Source: Escherichia phage UPWr_E1. From it: a stretch of DNA of 64,000 bases. Below the pieces are notes generated by a model. The model did not search any database and had not been told where the DNA came from. It was given only the letters and a program-made list of their open reading frames with translations. Below are positions 8,990 to 18,581 of this stretch, piece by piece. How positions within the stretch are numbered: position 1 is the stretch's first letter; each line of letters opens with the position of its first letter. The stretch lies in sequence record PP418985.1, one strand, 5' to 3'. A program made the position numbers and the translations under genes.

Positions 8990-10813
8990 ATGAGTGAGTT
9001 CCGCATTTTATCTGATCGTGAACATGTCCTTAAGCGTGCAGGAATGTATATAGGATCAACAACTTACGAAGAACATCAACGTTTCCTGTTCGGTAAGTGG
9101 ACAAAAATTTCATACGTTCCTGGACTGGTTAAAATCATTGATGAGATCATCGACAACTCTGTAGACGAGGCGATCCGCACTAACTTTGAATTTGCCAATG
9201 TGATTAGCGTCGATATCCAAAACAATATTGTTACGGTAACAGACAATGGTCGCGGTATTCCTCAACATATGGTTACTACCCCAGAGGGTACGCAGATTCC
9301 GCAACCTGTAGCCGCATGGACACGAACAAAAGCAGGGTCTAACTTTGATGATACAAATCGACTAACGCAAGGGATGAACGGCGTAGGATCGTCGTTGTCA
9401 AACTTCTTTAGCGATTGGTTTACTGGTGTGACCTGTGACGGTGAAACAGAAATGACCGTTCAATGTACAAACGGTGCTGAAAATATCACATGGTCATCGA
9501 AACCATCAAAATTGAAGGGAACGAAGGTTACATTTTGTCCAGACTTCGACCACTTCGAAGGTTATATGATGGACAACTCTGTTTTAGATATTGTTCATGA
9601 TCGTCTGCAATCATTGAGCGTAATCTTTCCTAAGATCACGTTTAAGTTTAATGGTAAACGTATTGTTAGTAAGTTCAAGGATTATGCTAAACTATACAAT
9701 GATGATCCGTTTGTCATTGAAGATAAAAACTTTTCACTTGCCCTAGTTCCTGCGGTTGAAGGTGAAGGTTTTAAATCAGTATCATTTGCTAATGGTCTGT
9801 TTACCAAAAACGGGGGAACACACGTAGACTACGTGACAGATGATCTTTGTGAAGAGATTGTAAAACGAATCAAGAAAGAATATAAGGTTGATGTTACTAA
9901 AGCTGCGGTTAAGTCTGGATTGACCTGTATTTTGATTGTTCGTGAATTGCCTAACCTTCGTTTTGATTCACAGACAAAAGAACGCTTGACTAATCCAACT
10001 GGTGATATCAAGCGACACATTGATCTGGACTTTAAAAAACTGGCTAAAGTCATTGCGAAGAAAGAAAACATTATCATGCCTATTATTGCTGTAGTCCTGG
10101 CACGCAAAGAGGCAGCAGATAAAGCGGCAGCGACTAAGGCAGCAAAGGCAGCAAAACGGGCTAAGGTAGCAAAACACGTTAAAGCTAACCTTATTGGAAC
10201 TGACGCAGAAACTACCCTGTTTTTGACGGAAGGTGATTCCGCAATCAACTATCTGATCTCTGTACGTGACCAAGATTTACATGGCGGTTTCCCGTTGCGA
10301 GGTAAAACTCTTACAACGTGGGAGCAACCAGAGGCAAAGATCGTTAAGAACGCCGAAATTTTTAACATCATGGCGATCACTGGTTTGCAATTTGGTGTTG
10401 ATGCATTGGAAGTTATGCAATACAAAAATATTGCTATTATGACAGACGCTGATACTGACGGCATAGGGTCTATTAAACCTAGTCTGATCTCTTTCTTTGC
10501 ACGTTGGCCTGAATTGTTCGAAGATGGACGAATCCGGTTTATCAAAACACCTATTATCATTGCTGAACCAAAGAAAGGTGATGATGTTCGATGGTATTAT
10601 GACCTAGAAGATTTCGAGAACGACCGAGATAATATCAAAGGTTACAACATTCGATATATCAAAGGTTTAGCATCGCTCACAGAATCAGACTATCATCGCG
10701 TGATCAACGATCCTGTCATGGAGATCATCACGTTACCGGAAAACTATAAAGAGCTATTCGATTTGCTCTATAGTGAAGATGCAGATCAGCGCAAAATTTG
10801 GATGCAATCATAA
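8990..10813 (+). CDS. 39: DNA topoisomerase II large subunit (gp39 and gp60 as one ORF, GyrB-like)
   Basis: 607 aa; GHKL ATPase motifs (DNGRGIP, GLHG-like) and Toprim region; one uninterrupted frame. Confidence 0.9.
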   Translation: MSEFRILSDREHVLKRAGMYIGSTTYEEHQRFLFGKWTKISYVPGLVKIIDEIIDNSVDEAIRTNFEFANVISVDIQNNIVTVTDNGRGIPQHMVTTPEGTQIPQPVAAWTRTKAGSNFDDTNRLTQGMNGVGSSLSNFFSDWFTGVTCDGETEMTVQCTNGAENITWSSKPSKLKGTKVTFCPDFDHFEGYMMDNSVLDIVHDRLQSLSVIFPKITFKFNGKRIVSKFKDYAKLYNDDPFVIEDKNFSLALVPAVEGEGFKSVSFANGLFTKNGGTHVDYVTDDLCEEIVKRIKKEYKVDVTKAAVKSGLTCILIVRELPNLRFDSQTKERLTNPTGDIKRHIDLDFKKLAKVIAKKENIIMPIIAVVLARKEAADKAAATKAAKAAKRAKVAKHVKANLIGTDAETTLFLTEGDSAINYLISVRDQDLHGGFPLRGKTLTTWEQPEAKIVKNAEIFNIMAITGLQFGVDALEVMQYKNIAIMTDADTDGIGSIKPSLISFFARWPELFEDGRIRFIKTPIIIAEPKKGDDVRWYYDLEDFENDRDNIKGYNIRYIKGLASLTESDYHRVINDPVMEIITLPENYKELFDLLYSEDADQRKIWMQS

Positions 10814-10816
10814 CAC

Positions 10817-10844
10817 TTGACATAAAAGGGAGATTCTCTATAAT
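10817..10844 (+). promoter_or_regulatory. Sigma70-type early promoter (TTGACA-16-TATAAT)
   Basis: Canonical -35 and -10; the -10 lies in the loop of inverted repeat GGGAGA/TCTCCC, which is followed by a T-run. Confidence 0.6.
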
Positions 10845-10878
10845 GGGAGTCTCCCTTTTCTTTTATGAGGATTTAATA

Positions 10879-11178
10879 ATGAGCAAAAAGAATAACATGA
10901 TGATGAGTATGGCAAAGTTCATGGAAGCAGACCTGATCAAAAATACAGTACAACATGAACGCCAGCGAGAAGCCGCAGTGATTGCAGAACAAGGTTTTCA
11001 GGTTATCCGCAATCCACCTAAAGATACGATTAAATCGAAATACAGAGACGATCTGAAAGACCATGAAGTACGGGAACTGGTTAATGATCTGCGTGACATT
11101 GCCATCAAATATCATGGTTATCAGTGCTTACGAGAACTGATCGCAGAGCGAGTAATGGATGCACTGAAAAAAGATTAA
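10879..11178 (+). CDS. Hypothetical protein
   Basis: Start moved to ATG downstream of the promoter at 10817-10844. Confidence 0.45.
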   Translation: MSKKNNMMMSMAKFMEADLIKNTVQHERQREAAVIAEQGFQVIRNPPKDTIKSKYRDDLKDHEVRELVNDLRDIAIKYHGYQCLRELIAERVMDALKKD

Positions 11179-11185
11179 AAAGTTG

Positions 11186-11214
11186 TTGACACTGGATCGG
11201 GGATATATCATAAT
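11186..11214 (+). promoter_or_regulatory. Sigma70-type early promoter
   Basis: AAAAAGTTGTTGACA then 17 bp then CATAAT; GGGGA/TCCCC inverted repeat flanks the -10. Confidence 0.6.
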
Positions 11215-11244
11215 GTCCCCATCGAAAACAAAAGGTTGACTTAT

Positions 11245-11439
11245 ATGAAACCGTTTAAGAATGAAGAAACTCAAAAATTTTGTGAAAAAATTGCAGAAAT
11301 CTACTTGACAGGGGAGAAGGAAAAAGCTAATATTATGTTCAAAGAGGCAGTTTCCTTGATGAAAGTATCACGCTGGGAACTGATCGCAATGCAAGACCAA
11401 ATTCGTTATCTAGTAACAAAGGAGAATCAAAATGCGTAA
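11245..11439 (+). CDS. Hypothetical protein
   Basis: ATG downstream of early promoter 11186-11214. Confidence 0.4.
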   Translation: MKPFKNEETQKFCEKIAEIYLTGEKEKANIMFKEAVSLMKVSRWELIAMQDQIRYLVTKENQNA

Positions 11440-11626
11440 CCATTACATCGAACTGGCAAGCCGTAGAGTTTCCGATCTGAAAGGCGTAATTGCTTACTAT
11501 GAAGAAGTCCTGAAAAACGAAATTGCTGATTGGGAACGTAAAGAATACAGCAAGTGCTTAGAGAAAAGCCGCGCTGAACTGGTTGACGCAGAAGCCCATC
11601 TGCAATGGGTGATTGAAAATGTATAA
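11432..11626 (+). CDS. Hypothetical protein
   Basis: 64-aa ORF, SD AAGGAG upstream. Confidence 0.4.
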   Translation: MRNHYIELASRRVSDLKGVIAYYEEVLKNEIADWERKEYSKCLEKSRAELVDAEAHLQWVIENV

Positions 11627-11636
11627 GGAGTAGAAA

Positions 11637-11894
11637 ATGAGTCGAAGTTTTGATTTTATGTTCGCCAAGTGTCATCGAGAAAAGAAATCGATGGACCTGT
11701 TTATGAAATGTTTGAGGTATGAATATGCGCACCTTCGGAAGAACAAAATTGATCCGCAAGTTTCCTACGAAAACATCAAGAAATATGCGAAAGAAGTGAT
11801 TGACAACGATTGCACCGTGACATATAATGCGTTTATTGATTTATGGGCGTGGGATGTAATCTACGCAGAGATGGACAAAGAAGATTTTAATTAA
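11637..11894 (+). CDS. Hypothetical protein
   Basis: 85-aa ORF, SD AGGAG upstream. Confidence 0.4.
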   Translation: MSRSFDFMFAKCHREKKSMDLFMKCLRYEYAHLRKNKIDPQVSYENIKKYAKEVIDNDCTVTYNAFIDLWAWDVIYAEMDKEDFN

Positions 11895-11908
11895 GTGAGG
11901 ATTATATT

Positions 11909-14017
11909 ATGAAAATGCATATTGATAATGAAGAAGTATTTGGTAGTGACCTGAGCGGTGCGGTTGATTTTTCTCTGAAAGCAAGTAGCAAGGCTTTTAT
12001 GGTGCTTTCTAAGAACACGTATCAATATTGTGAGCGTGCTTGCGTCCGTGAGTATTCATGCAATGCTACAGACACTCACAAAGAAGCCGGAACCTTAGAT
12101 CGTCCGTTTGATATTCATTTACCGACTGCAATCGAACCGTATTTCTCTGTGCGTGATTATGGTACGGGTATTCCGTCTAAGAAAGAATTAGAACAACTGT
12201 TTACTGTTTACTTTGAATCAACCAAAGACCAGACTAATGATTATATCGGATCTTTTGGTTTAGGTGCGAAGTCTGCTTATAGCTATACTGACACCTTTAC
12301 AATCGTAAACTACTACAATGGTCGCGCTTATGGCTTTACTGCATTCGTGCAAAACTCTATGCCGAAAATGGTGCAGATTTTCGACGAACCGACCTATGAA
12401 GACAATGGTCTGAAAATCACTATTCCAGTGAAAGAGAAAGATATTCAGACATGGCATCGAGAAGCACAATTTGTACTGCGTCATTTTGGGGAACACAAAC
12501 CTAATATCAATGCCATCGAAATTAATTATTTCCCTAGCTTTGATAATTATTATGTGTGTAATGGACGTGATAACGATTCCTATGTGGTATATGCAATCAT
12601 GGGTAAGATCCAGTATCCGATCCCGTATGAATATGTTCGCGGAACATGGTTAGAAGCGGTAAACCGCCAGCACCAGACCATTTACATCAATTTCGAGTTA
12701 GGTGATCTGGACCTGATGCCATCGCGTGAAGAAGTTCACTTGTCAATTGAGACTAAAGCGAACATCGAAAAACGCATTGCAGAAATCAATGAAATGATGT
12801 TGGAAAAGGTTAAAGAAAAGATCGCCAGCATTGAAACAGAGCGTAAACTTGCGCAATTTATGAGCGAGTATTCATCGACTCAACGCAATATTATTAGCAA
12901 AATGGGTAAGATCGGACAGTGGGATGATCCGGTAGCAATCTATAATAAGTTTGTGAATGCGGGTAAAGATTCGCCAAATGACGTAGAAGGACAGGTGTAT
13001 ACTCTGTATCGCACTCGACACACAATCAGCAAATTGCGCCCTGCTTTCGTTAGCAGTCAATACAACATTACGCACTTTGTATGGATTCATAAAGAAGATA
13101 TTCTGTGTGTAATTGATGATACAGATAAACCGAAACTGCGTGCACTGACTCTTAACGGCATGGTCCAGGAATACGGCATCAATAAAAAGGTACTGGTGTT
13201 CCGTCAGAACAACGAAAAACATATGGAGACTTTCGAGTACATCAAACAGTATTATGATGAATCGGAAATGACCGTGATTAAAGTGTCCGAGGCCGACGAC
13301 CTGCGTGCTAAAGCAGTTAAGCCGGAGAAGACCGAGCGTACACAACGTGAAGCTACTCCTAAGCTACCTAACGTGTATATCATGGAAAAGATTGGTGACA
13401 GTTGGCATAAAACCAGCCATCACATGAAAGCGGCAGAGATTCGCGAGTTATCAGGCTTGCACATGTTCCGCGTGGGGGATGCATTCGAAAGCCGTATCCG
13501 TCAATCGATCTATAATGAAAATACATTACACACGGCGCTTGACTACTTCGGGGTAACAAAGTATATTATTACCCGTAATGAGACACAAAAATATCTCGTT
13601 GACGAACAACTGGAATGTGCGCTAGAATTTGTTCGCGGTAAGCTGGCGGGTCTGGCTAAGAAGGTTAAGACCAATCATCTGGGGTATGGCGAATATCTGG
13701 GTGTGATCACTATGTTGTTTCATGACGATGAACTAGAACGCTGTATTCCAGAATTTATTGACAGACTGTACGGTCGTCATTATAATAAAGAGGTTTCCAA
13801 GTTACTCCTTCGTACTCGTTGGATTATGGACGAAGAAACTAAAAAGATCTGTGATGAAAAATTCACGGCAGCAAACGAACGAATTAAAGCAGTTTGTGCG
13901 AAGTTTAAAGAGAATAGCCCGTTACTGTATGATATTGTAGATAACTGGTATCGTATTCTGCATAACGACAAACGCGCACAAGACTTTATGAAACTGGTTA
14001 AGAATGTTAAATTTTAA
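11909..14017 (+). CDS. rIIA: rIIA protein (GHKL-ATPase-like N-terminal domain)
   Basis: 702 aa; N-terminal ATPase-like motifs (RDYGTGIP, GSFGLGAKSAY); immediately upstream of rIIB as in T4. Confidence 0.85.
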   Translation: MKMHIDNEEVFGSDLSGAVDFSLKASSKAFMVLSKNTYQYCERACVREYSCNATDTHKEAGTLDRPFDIHLPTAIEPYFSVRDYGTGIPSKKELEQLFTVYFESTKDQTNDYIGSFGLGAKSAYSYTDTFTIVNYYNGRAYGFTAFVQNSMPKMVQIFDEPTYEDNGLKITIPVKEKDIQTWHREAQFVLRHFGEHKPNINAIEINYFPSFDNYYVCNGRDNDSYVVYAIMGKIQYPIPYEYVRGTWLEAVNRQHQTIYINFELGDLDLMPSREEVHLSIETKANIEKRIAEINEMMLEKVKEKIASIETERKLAQFMSEYSSTQRNIISKMGKIGQWDDPVAIYNKFVNAGKDSPNDVEGQVYTLYRTRHTISKLRPAFVSSQYNITHFVWIHKEDILCVIDDTDKPKLRALTLNGMVQEYGINKKVLVFRQNNEKHMETFEYIKQYYDESEMTVIKVSEADDLRAKAVKPEKTERTQREATPKLPNVYIMEKIGDSWHKTSHHMKAAEIRELSGLHMFRVGDAFESRIRQSIYNENTLHTALDYFGVTKYIITRNETQKYLVDEQLECALEFVRGKLAGLAKKVKTNHLGYGEYLGVITMLFHDDELERCIPEFIDRLYGRHYNKEVSKLLLRTRWIMDEETKKICDEKFTAANERIKAVCAKFKENSPLLYDIVDNWYRILHNDKRAQDFMKLVKNVKF

Positions 14018-14028
14018 GAGGTGATATT

Positions 14029-14160
14029 ATGACTAAACTGACCGCTATCCAGAAAGAAACCATCCGTAAACAATACGCTCGCGGCTTGACTAAAGGCGAA
14101 CTGGCACGAATCTATAATGTATCAGACCGCACAATCCGCAAGGTTGTAGAAGCAAAATAA
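14029..14160 (+). CDS. Small helix-turn-helix protein
   Basis: 43-aa ORF below the track cutoff, read by hand; HTH GELARIYNVSDRTIRKV; SD GAGGTG upstream. Confidence 0.4.
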   Translation: MTKLTAIQKETIRKQYARGLTKGELARIYNVSDRTIRKVVEAK

Positions 14161-14213
14161 TTCTGGTATAATGATGTGAATCGGGCGGCGAGAGTCGCCC
14201 AACTAATAGAGGA

Positions 14214-15215
14214 ATGAATAATATGACTAAAGCAAAAATCACCGTCTCTGACCGTAACGTTCAATGTCTGGACTCCGCAAAACAAATCAAACTGGCTAAA
14301 CAGTGGGGCGAAGGTAAGTTTACTACCCGCGAAGCACTTGCGGCAGCATTTGGTGTATCTCGTCGCACTGCCTCCCGTGTATTACTGATTCAGAAAGACG
14401 CAGTAGCGGAAGGTCGCAAGGCACTAGAAAACCGTAAAGCACGCCGTAAAACCAGTAAAGGAAAAGGCGGTGAACGCGCAAAAAAGCCCGTGACTACTTC
14501 CTCAAAAATCGTAGCAATAGCCTCATCTAAATTTATTACTATTACATGTGGTGACATTGTTTATACTGCTGATCCATCACATGTTAACTTTAATGAAGCA
14601 CTGGAAGCGATTAAACATAATGATTTCATCAAAGCTATTACGCTGATTGACATTAAGAAAGCGGTTGAAGTATATTATCACGGTGCTTTCCGTATCGAAA
14701 ATGGTATTGTGTATTATCATAATATTGTTCTTGATAATAATCTGACTCGTCGAGTTGTGGAGTCGATTAAAGAGAATAAGCCATATACGCACTATCTGAA
14801 CTTCTTTGAGAAGTGTAAGAAGAATCCTAGCCGTAAGGCGGTAGATCGTCTGTTTGACTTCTTAGAGCACAACGACATTGAGATCGGGGAAGACGGTTGT
14901 TTCTATGCATGGAAACGTGTTGATGTTGATTATAAAGATTTCTTTACGCATACGTTTGATAATAGCCCAGGGCGCACGGTTAAAATGAAGCGTAAAGACG
15001 TGGACCCGGATGATGATCGTACTTGCTCTAATGGCCTCCACGTTGCAGCGAAACACTATATTCCGCACTATGGCGGTGGGCGAGGCCGAATCATTAAATG
15101 CAAAGTTGATCCGCGTCACGTTGTAAGTATCCCGAAAGATTATGCGAATGCCAAAATGCGCTGTCATCGTTACTATGTGGTTGAAGATGTAACCGAAGGT
15201 TTTAGCCATTACTAA
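14214..15215 (+). CDS. rIIB: rIIB protein
   Basis: 333 aa; conserved blocks SRKAVDRLFDFL, FYAWK, DNSPG, VVEDVTE typical of rIIB. Confidence 0.8.
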   Translation: MNNMTKAKITVSDRNVQCLDSAKQIKLAKQWGEGKFTTREALAAAFGVSRRTASRVLLIQKDAVAEGRKALENRKARRKTSKGKGGERAKKPVTTSSKIVAIASSKFITITCGDIVYTADPSHVNFNEALEAIKHNDFIKAITLIDIKKAVEVYYHGAFRIENGIVYYHNIVLDNNLTRRVVESIKENKPYTHYLNFFEKCKKNPSRKAVDRLFDFLEHNDIEIGEDGCFYAWKRVDVDYKDFFTHTFDNSPGRTVKMKRKDVDPDDDRTCSNGLHVAAKHYIPHYGGGRGRIIKCKVDPRHVVSIPKDYANAKMRCHRYYVVEDVTEGFSHY

Positions 15216-15229
15216 TAGAGGAATTAATT

Positions 15230-15547
15230 ATGATTGATATGAAAGTTACTTGCGAAAGTGCACATGTTGAAGTAGAACAGGTATTATATCCATCTCGACG
15301 CGTTACGGTGACTTTAGACGATGTGGATCTGGCTAATAATGTTACCGTTGAAGATATTGCTAACGAGTATGACCATGATGAACTGTTAGATGCAATCCCT
15401 GAACATGTTGTGATCCAGCACGTAGTAAGCAATAATGATCCATCGACTTTCATTAAAGAATATGGCGCTGATGAAATGCTCGATGAAATTGGTGAAAAGA
15501 TTGTTATTGCATGGCTTGAAAACAACGGCTATACTGTAGAACAATAA
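15230..15547 (+). CDS. Highly acidic small protein
   Basis: 105 aa, about 24 percent Asp+Glu with very few Lys/Arg; followed by terminator. Confidence 0.5.
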   Translation: MIDMKVTCESAHVEVEQVLYPSRRVTVTLDDVDLANNVTVEDIANEYDHDELLDAIPEHVVIQHVVSNNDPSTFIKEYGADEMLDEIGEKIVIAWLENNGYTVEQ

Positions 15548-15555
15548 TAAACATA

Positions 15556-15578
15556 GGCCGCTTTGCGCGGCCTTTCTT
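15556..15578 (+). terminator. Rho-independent terminator
   Basis: GGCCGC-TTTG-CGCGGCC followed by TTTCTT. Confidence 0.6.
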
Positions 15579-15592
15579 AGAGGGAATACATT

Positions 15593-15904
15593 ATGACGGT
15601 CACGATTATTACCAAATACGACGACGAAAATGTGATTTACGGTGATGTGGTTGTTGTTCACGGTCGTAGCATGAAAGTTACTGGTAATTGTAAAGATGGT
15701 GCTATTATTTGCGGTGAATTGGTGAGAACCGTCAATCCTATCACCGACGAACAAAAGCGAGACATTATCAGAAAACTTAAAGACAGTGGATATTGTAACG
15801 TTGTGGTGATTCAGGAAAAATTTGAAGTAGGCCACTTATACACAAATCAGAAAACAATTCCGGTATCAATGGTTAAAGGCGGTTATAATGCTAGGTCATT
15901 CTAA
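15593..15904 (+). CDS. Hypothetical protein
   Basis: 103-aa ORF, SD GAGGGA upstream. Confidence 0.45.
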   Translation: MTVTIITKYDDENVIYGDVVVVHGRSMKVTGNCKDGAIICGELVRTVNPITDEQKRDIIRKLKDSGYCNVVVIQEKFEVGHLYTNQKTIPVSMVKGGYNARSF

Positions 15905-16250
15905 AATAGAAGATTGCTCATTCAGAGCAATGAAAGATGATTTTTCGGTCCTGTACGCGTCTATCCGAGAATTGTTTGTAGATTTTAAGCAATTCAGGGA
16001 ATACAAAGGCGTTAAGATGCGGGAGTGGGTATTCTGGCCTTTCTATATCATTACTCTGTTTTCTATGGTATTTTGTTTTGTCGGGATCACTATCGCTAGT
16101 TTTGTCACTTGCGTTTTCCTGATTATCCGGTGTATCATGTTTGCTTTGATTGCTGCCCCGTTTATTGTTTCAATCCTTCCGTTAAAATGGCTATTGGATT
16201 GGGCTGATAAATCTGATAAAGTAAAGAATGTGATTTGTAAGCGTGTATGA
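15888..16250 (+). CDS. Hypothetical membrane protein
   Basis: Two or three hydrophobic helices (FYIITLFSMVFCFVGITIASFVTCVFLII; FALIAAPFIVSILPL). Confidence 0.45.
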   Translation: MLGHSKIEDCSFRAMKDDFSVLYASIRELFVDFKQFREYKGVKMREWVFWPFYIITLFSMVFCFVGITIASFVTCVFLIIRCIMFALIAAPFIVSILPLKWLLDWADKSDKVKNVICKRV

Positions 16251-17604
16251 GGTGAAGATGAATAAATCAGTTACTTACCGCAGCCTTGAAAGCATTGTAC
16301 ATAATGAAGCTAAGGAATATGCGATCTATTCCGCCGAGGAACGCGGTATTCCTCAATTAGTAGATGGTCTTAAACCAGTGCAACGCTTTGTTATGGAATG
16401 TGCTTTGCAAAAGAGTAAAGGCGACCGTAAGAAATTCCGTAAGATGGCAGATATTGGATCTGGTGTTGCTGAGTTGGGTTATCACCACGGGGAAACTAAT
16501 GCCGTAGAAGCCGGATCACTTATGGCGAATACATGGAGCAATAATACTCCACTGCTTGACGGTCAAGGTAACTTCGGATCGCGTTTAGTCCAGAAAGCGG
16601 GTGCAGCACGTTATATCTTTGCTCGTGTGCATGAAAACTTCTTTAAAATCTATAAAGATATGAATTGCGCACCTAAGCACGAAGATCTGGAACACATCCC
16701 GCCATCGTTCTACTTGCCAGTTGTGCCAATGGTATTAGCTAATGGTATTAGTGGTATTGCTACAGGGTATAAAACTGACATTTTACCGCATTCACTGGAA
16801 AGCCTTATTGAATGCACAGAGCTAGCACTTGCCGGAAAACTGGATAAAGAACCTAGTGTTCAATTCCCAAAATTCACGGGTAAAGTTATCCCGCGCGATG
16901 ACCGCGATGGTGTTATTCTTGAGGGTACATATGAACTAAACGGCAAGACTAAGCTGACAATATCAGAAGTTCCTTATAAGTTCGACCGTGAAGAATATGT
17001 AGCTGTACTGGATGCACTGGAAGAAAAAGATCTGATTGTATCGTATAATGACCGTTGCTCTAAGGACGGATTCAGATTTGAGGTAACACTGAAACGTGAT
17101 TATTTCAAAAGCGAAGATGAATCCGCTCGACATGAGCAGATCATGAAGGATTTTAAGCTAACGCAGTTAGTAGCCCAGAATATCGTAGTAGTTAACGAAC
17201 GTGGTTTAGTAGAAGTATTCGAGAAAGCGAGCGATTTGATCCGTCGATTCGTCGAAATCCGATTAGGCTATGTAGATAAACGCATTGAATTGATGCAAGC
17301 CGAAACACTGGAAGCATACAATTATGCAATGGCTAAAGCAGAATTTATCGACCGTGTGATTAAGGGCGAAATCGAGCTACAGGGCAAGAAAAAGGCCGAG
17401 GTAATGCAATCCATCAATGAACATGAAAAACTTCGCCCATATGCCGATAAGCTCGTTTCTATGCCATTGTATAGCGTTACTCAAGAAGAGTACGATCGAC
17501 TGGTCAAAGATGCCGATAAACATCATAGTGAATATGAGTATTGGACAAAGACGACCGCAATGAAGGAATATAAGAAAGATCTTAAAGAACTTAAGAAGGC
17601 TTGA
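16243..17604 (+). CDS. 52: DNA topoisomerase II medium subunit (gp52, GyrA-like)
   Basis: 453 aa; KPVQRFV, DLGYHHGE, LLDGQGNFGS, RYIFARV blocks. Confidence 0.9.
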   Translation: MYEVKMNKSVTYRSLESIVHNEAKEYAIYSAEERGIPQLVDGLKPVQRFVMECALQKSKGDRKKFRKMADIGSGVAELGYHHGETNAVEAGSLMANTWSNNTPLLDGQGNFGSRLVQKAGAARYIFARVHENFFKIYKDMNCAPKHEDLEHIPPSFYLPVVPMVLANGISGIATGYKTDILPHSLESLIECTELALAGKLDKEPSVQFPKFTGKVIPRDDRDGVILEGTYELNGKTKLTISEVPYKFDREEYVAVLDALEEKDLIVSYNDRCSKDGFRFEVTLKRDYFKSEDESARHEQIMKDFKLTQLVAQNIVVVNERGLVEVFEKASDLIRRFVEIRLGYVDKRIELMQAETLEAYNYAMAKAEFIDRVIKGEIELQGKKKAEVMQSINEHEKLRPYADKLVSMPLYSVTQEEYDRLVKDADKHHSEYEYWTKTTAMKEYKKDLKELKKA

Positions 17605-17810
17605 TTATGAAAGAATATCCAGAAGGCGGTTATATTGCATTTGTGTACAACAATGAAAAGATTGTACCGATGGTCGTTGAGACTATGGAAGAAGCCAACC
17701 GGATCACTATTGAATCTCTGAACAAGTTAGCAGAGATAACAAACACACCAGAACACAGAGCAACGATAGATTATTTGATGAAAGAATTTTTGGAGGGAAA
17801 GTATGACTGA
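17601..17810 (+). CDS. Hypothetical protein
   Basis: 69-aa ORF overlapping gp52 stop. Confidence 0.4.
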   Translation: MIMKEYPEGGYIAFVYNNEKIVPMVVETMEEANRITIESLNKLAEITNTPEHRATIDYLMKEFLEGKYD

Positions 17811-18198
17811 ACGACGCATCACTTCAAATGGTTTAGGTATCCATCATACATGGATGGTTGATCCAGACAAAAATCCTTATAAACTGTACGATAAAACCGT
17901 TAAACCGTGGAATAATAGCGTATGGGAAACATCACCAACAACAGCACCTATTATGACTGATCCGAAACCGATTAGCCCGATGGCAGATCCAGTACAGATT
18001 AAGCCGTTACCTTACCAGATAACGACCAATAGCATCGCCAACAAACAAGAAAATGATATTGATATGATCTACGAGATGATTAAACTTTGGCGTGATGTTT
18101 ATCTGGGTGTTCTCTATAACACAGATAAAAGTGCACATGAGGCGGCGTTACTGGCATCTCATGCGGTAGACGAAGCCAAAAAGAAATTTAGTAAGTAA
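17803..18198 (+). CDS. Hypothetical protein
   Basis: 131-aa ORF followed by terminator. Confidence 0.45.
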   Translation: MTERRITSNGLGIHHTWMVDPDKNPYKLYDKTVKPWNNSVWETSPTTAPIMTDPKPISPMADPVQIKPLPYQITTNSIANKQENDIDMIYEMIKLWRDVYLGVLYNTDKSAHEAALLASHAVDEAKKKFSK

Positions 18199-18207
18199 CT
18201 GATTATT

Positions 18208-18240
18208 AAGCCGATCCTCGTGGTCGGCTTTTTTATTTTA
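18208..18240 (+). terminator. Rho-independent terminator
   Basis: AAGCCGATCCTCGTGGTCGGCTT followed by TTTTATTTTA. Confidence 0.75.
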
Positions 18241-18248
18241 AAAAGTTG

Positions 18249-18277
18249 TTGACTTCAAGAATCTAGCATTGCATAAT
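18249..18277 (+). promoter_or_regulatory. Sigma70-type early promoter
   Basis: AAAAGTTGTTGACT-17-CATAAT, just after a terminator. Confidence 0.6.
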
Positions 18278-18308
18278 ACACACAACTAAACAAAAAGGAG
18301 ACTCAAAA

Positions 18309-18515
18309 ATGAAAGTACGTTGCATTGAAACAGATCACATCAATTATAGCTTTAGTGTCGGGTGTGATTATGATGTTGATGTATTCACAGACAATAGCGG
18401 AAACACATTTGATGTAGTCCACGGCGACTATATTTGGTTTTACTTTGACAAACAACAACTTACTGCAACCAAACGAAACGGTGATCCGGTAGCAAAATTT
18501 GAAATAATCGAATAA
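18309..18515 (+). CDS. Hypothetical small early protein
   Basis: Downstream of promoter 18249-18277; C-terminus VAKFEI paralogous to ORF 46295-46513. Confidence 0.45.
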   Translation: MKVRCIETDHINYSFSVGCDYDVDVFTDNSGNTFDVVHGDYIWFYFDKQQLTATKRNGDPVAKFEIIE

Positions 18516-18521
18516 AGTATA

Positions 18522-18550
18522 TTGACACCAGAACAAGGGAGTAGTAACAT
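18522..18550 (+). promoter_or_regulatory. Sigma70-type early promoter with -10 inside a hairpin
   Basis: TTGACA-17-TAACAT; GGGAGTA/TACTCCC inverted repeat encloses the -10. Confidence 0.55.
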
Positions 18551-18581
18551 ACTCCCACACCAAACAAAAGGAGAATCAAAG

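Noticed and set aside
9829-10560. Minus-strand ORFs of 100-140 aa inside the topoisomerase gene
   Set aside because: They are antisense to a well-supported conserved gene, have no SD and a low-complexity composition; the same applies to antisense ORFs inside genes 41, rIIA, 34, 37, nrdA and alt
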